A stretch of 64,000 bases of DNA from NCBI RefSeq assembly GCF_963506605.1, contig NC_083280.1:81840001-81904000 (forward strand), written 5' to 3'. The notes beneath the pieces are model-generated. The model did not search any database. It had not been told where the DNA came from and was given only the letters and a program-made list of their open reading frames with translations. Of this stretch, positions 62,016 to 64,000 are shown piece after piece. Each line of letters opens with the position of its first letter. Position 1 is the first letter of the stretch. A program made the translations under genes and the position numbers. This DNA comes from Zootoca vivipara (lineage: Eukaryota).

Positions 62016-64000
62016 CTGGCGCAACAAACAGCTGTACAAGTCTTTGGGAGGCAGAGATGCAAGAGGGCATCAGAGGAGGGAAGGAAGGAAAGAGGGACAG
62101 AGGCCAGTGTTGCCCGTGGCACCCCTGACCATCATTCAAGGCCCCCCAGGGTGCTACAGCACACTGGTTGAAAAGCACTGGCGTAAAGGAAGGACATAAG
62201 CTGCCACTCCTAGCCTTCCCCAAACTGTTACAATAGATATTGTGGACTTCAGCAACCCCCATCAGCCCCAGCCGGTGGGTCTATTTTAACTGGCAGTGAC
62301 TCTCCAACATCTTAGGCAGAGGACCTTCCCAGCTCTGCCACCCAAGATCCCTTAACTGGAGATGCTAGCAAAAGTTCAAGCATTAAAGGTTTGCACTACT
62401 TAAAAATAAATACCCAGAGTTTAATAATGCTTCAGGGAAACTAGTGCAGAGAGTGCTGTGTTGTTGTTTTTAAAATGCAGAATGTGTAACAGTTTCAACT
62501 TTAAACTGTTCATAGCATTGGGACTACACTGGGGTTTCCCCAAGTTAAATATGCAAATCCTGAAGGGAAGACACATATCCTTAAACACTCAGAAGGAACA
62601 TGAGCTCACGCTAACACACACACACACACACCTCACTGGTTTTCACTCAACATGGTTTCTACAGGAAACACTAGAACACCAACAATGGAACCTGGATACT
62701 GTCAAAAATGTGAAGTGGCCCTTTTGGGGGCTGTAGAAGCAAAATATTTAGAGCCAGCCTCATATCTACACAGCTTCCTCCAGGTCCATTTTGTGGGAGA
62801 CTGTCCTGCTGGTGGTGGAACAAACTTCCCCATCTTATTGTCACCTTGATGCTTCTGCTCAAGGCCAGGGGGAAGAAAGGATTTGATGCTGCAGAAGCAG
62901 GAAATTACTTGCCATGTGGAGTGTGAAGCAATTGTTTTGCAGCTGATAGAAAGGGCTGTTCTCAGATCAGTGTAATTGTAATGGGAGGCAAGGAAGATGG
63001 GAAGGACAACCTCCAGCCTCAAGACACAGATAAACTGCAATCTGTGTGAATTATAATTCCATATCTATATTACATTGCATGCACATATCTACACATTTGG
63101 TTTAAGAATAAATCCTCAACCCCTTGTATAAACTTACAGAGGGTGCTCCAGTTATGTGAAAAAGTAAGTTTTTCTCTGTTCACTGATTTACAGATCACAC
63201 AAACAGAATGGCTTCTTTTGAGGAACGAGGCATAGCATTACAAACCAAGAAAGAAAGTACAATCAATAGGCAATAGCTCTTCTGCCTGGACACCACCCTG
63301 AGAGCAGGGAATCCCATAGGGTTCATTTGCACCTCCTCTAGTGTGGTTTTCCACAACGGGCTCGGAACTGATGTTGTCCTTAGAATCACTCTAGAGAGAT
63401 GATCTCAGGAGAAGGGAATCATTGCTAGCAGTTCCAGGAAGAAGATCAACACGCCAGAGAGCATGTTGCTCTCAGTCATCTTCCTTTTATAACATGATGT
63501 ATTTATACCCAAGAGAGCTCTGCTCACATGCGGCAACACTCTGGGTCAGGCAGCAGCCTCTGTCTCCAGTCAGTTTAAATGCTAAGGCAGAGAGAAATGA
63601 TACAAAGCCAAGATCCTCCTGACACATACAACAGCTCTCTTTTATAAGCAGAAAGGTCATGCAAGAACACAGAAGGATTTGAGGGTCACATACAGCAAAG
63701 ATGACTGACTGCTTTTTAAATGTGTTGCTCAAGTCAGCTAACACATTTGTATGCTAATTCACAAGTGGGCTGTCCTCTCCTGGGCTTCTTTGGGATGAAG
63801 GGTGGGATAGACATTTAACAAATAATAAAAAGAACAATAATTGCACTAGTAAACGAGCTATACAAGTAGCTGCTACATTCACAAATAACAAGGCCAACTA
63901 GGGCTGCCGACAGGTGGGTACACAGACTCTTTGCTGTAAATCAAACATTTCTAATGAAAGTTATGAAACAAAATGTGGAGACAACTTTCAGGCTTCAGCA

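Noticed and set aside
61786-62199. 137-aa ORF as a host gene
   Set aside because: The N-terminal half is a CR1 ORF2 fragment that runs into unrelated sequence.
31-63744. Most ORFs in the supplied track
   Set aside because: They are short, often start at non-ATG codons and show no recognisable domains. Many span microsatellites, repeats or N gaps, as expected by chance.

Overview
Eukaryotic, AT-rich, CpG-depleted, repeat-rich DNA from a squamate reptile, most likely a lacertid lizard. The basis is Sauria SINEs, a tRNA-Lys/CR1-tail SINE, Squam3-like SINEs, a BovB 3' end, and L2 and CR1 LINE remnants. I can support no protein-coding gene. The ORF track is almost entirely spurious; the only recognisable peptides are decayed LINE ORF2 fragments. 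The window looks like a large intron or intergenic region containing many DNA-transposon MITEs (hAT, Tigger/mariner, Tc1, a Helitron 3' end), a solo LTR, microsatellites and two assembly gaps. A few minus-strand splice-site pairs suggest a spliced non-coding or 5'UTR transcript, and two of them join into a 17-codon ORF (speculative). The most unusual structures are: a composite hAT-type MITE carrying an L2 3' end, present twice; a Sauria SINE nested antisense in another's tail; a SINE with a 5' inversion; a young CpG-rich MITE; and an IR/DR Tc1 remnant. Family names come from recognition by eye, not from database searches, and coordinates of old repeats are approximate.
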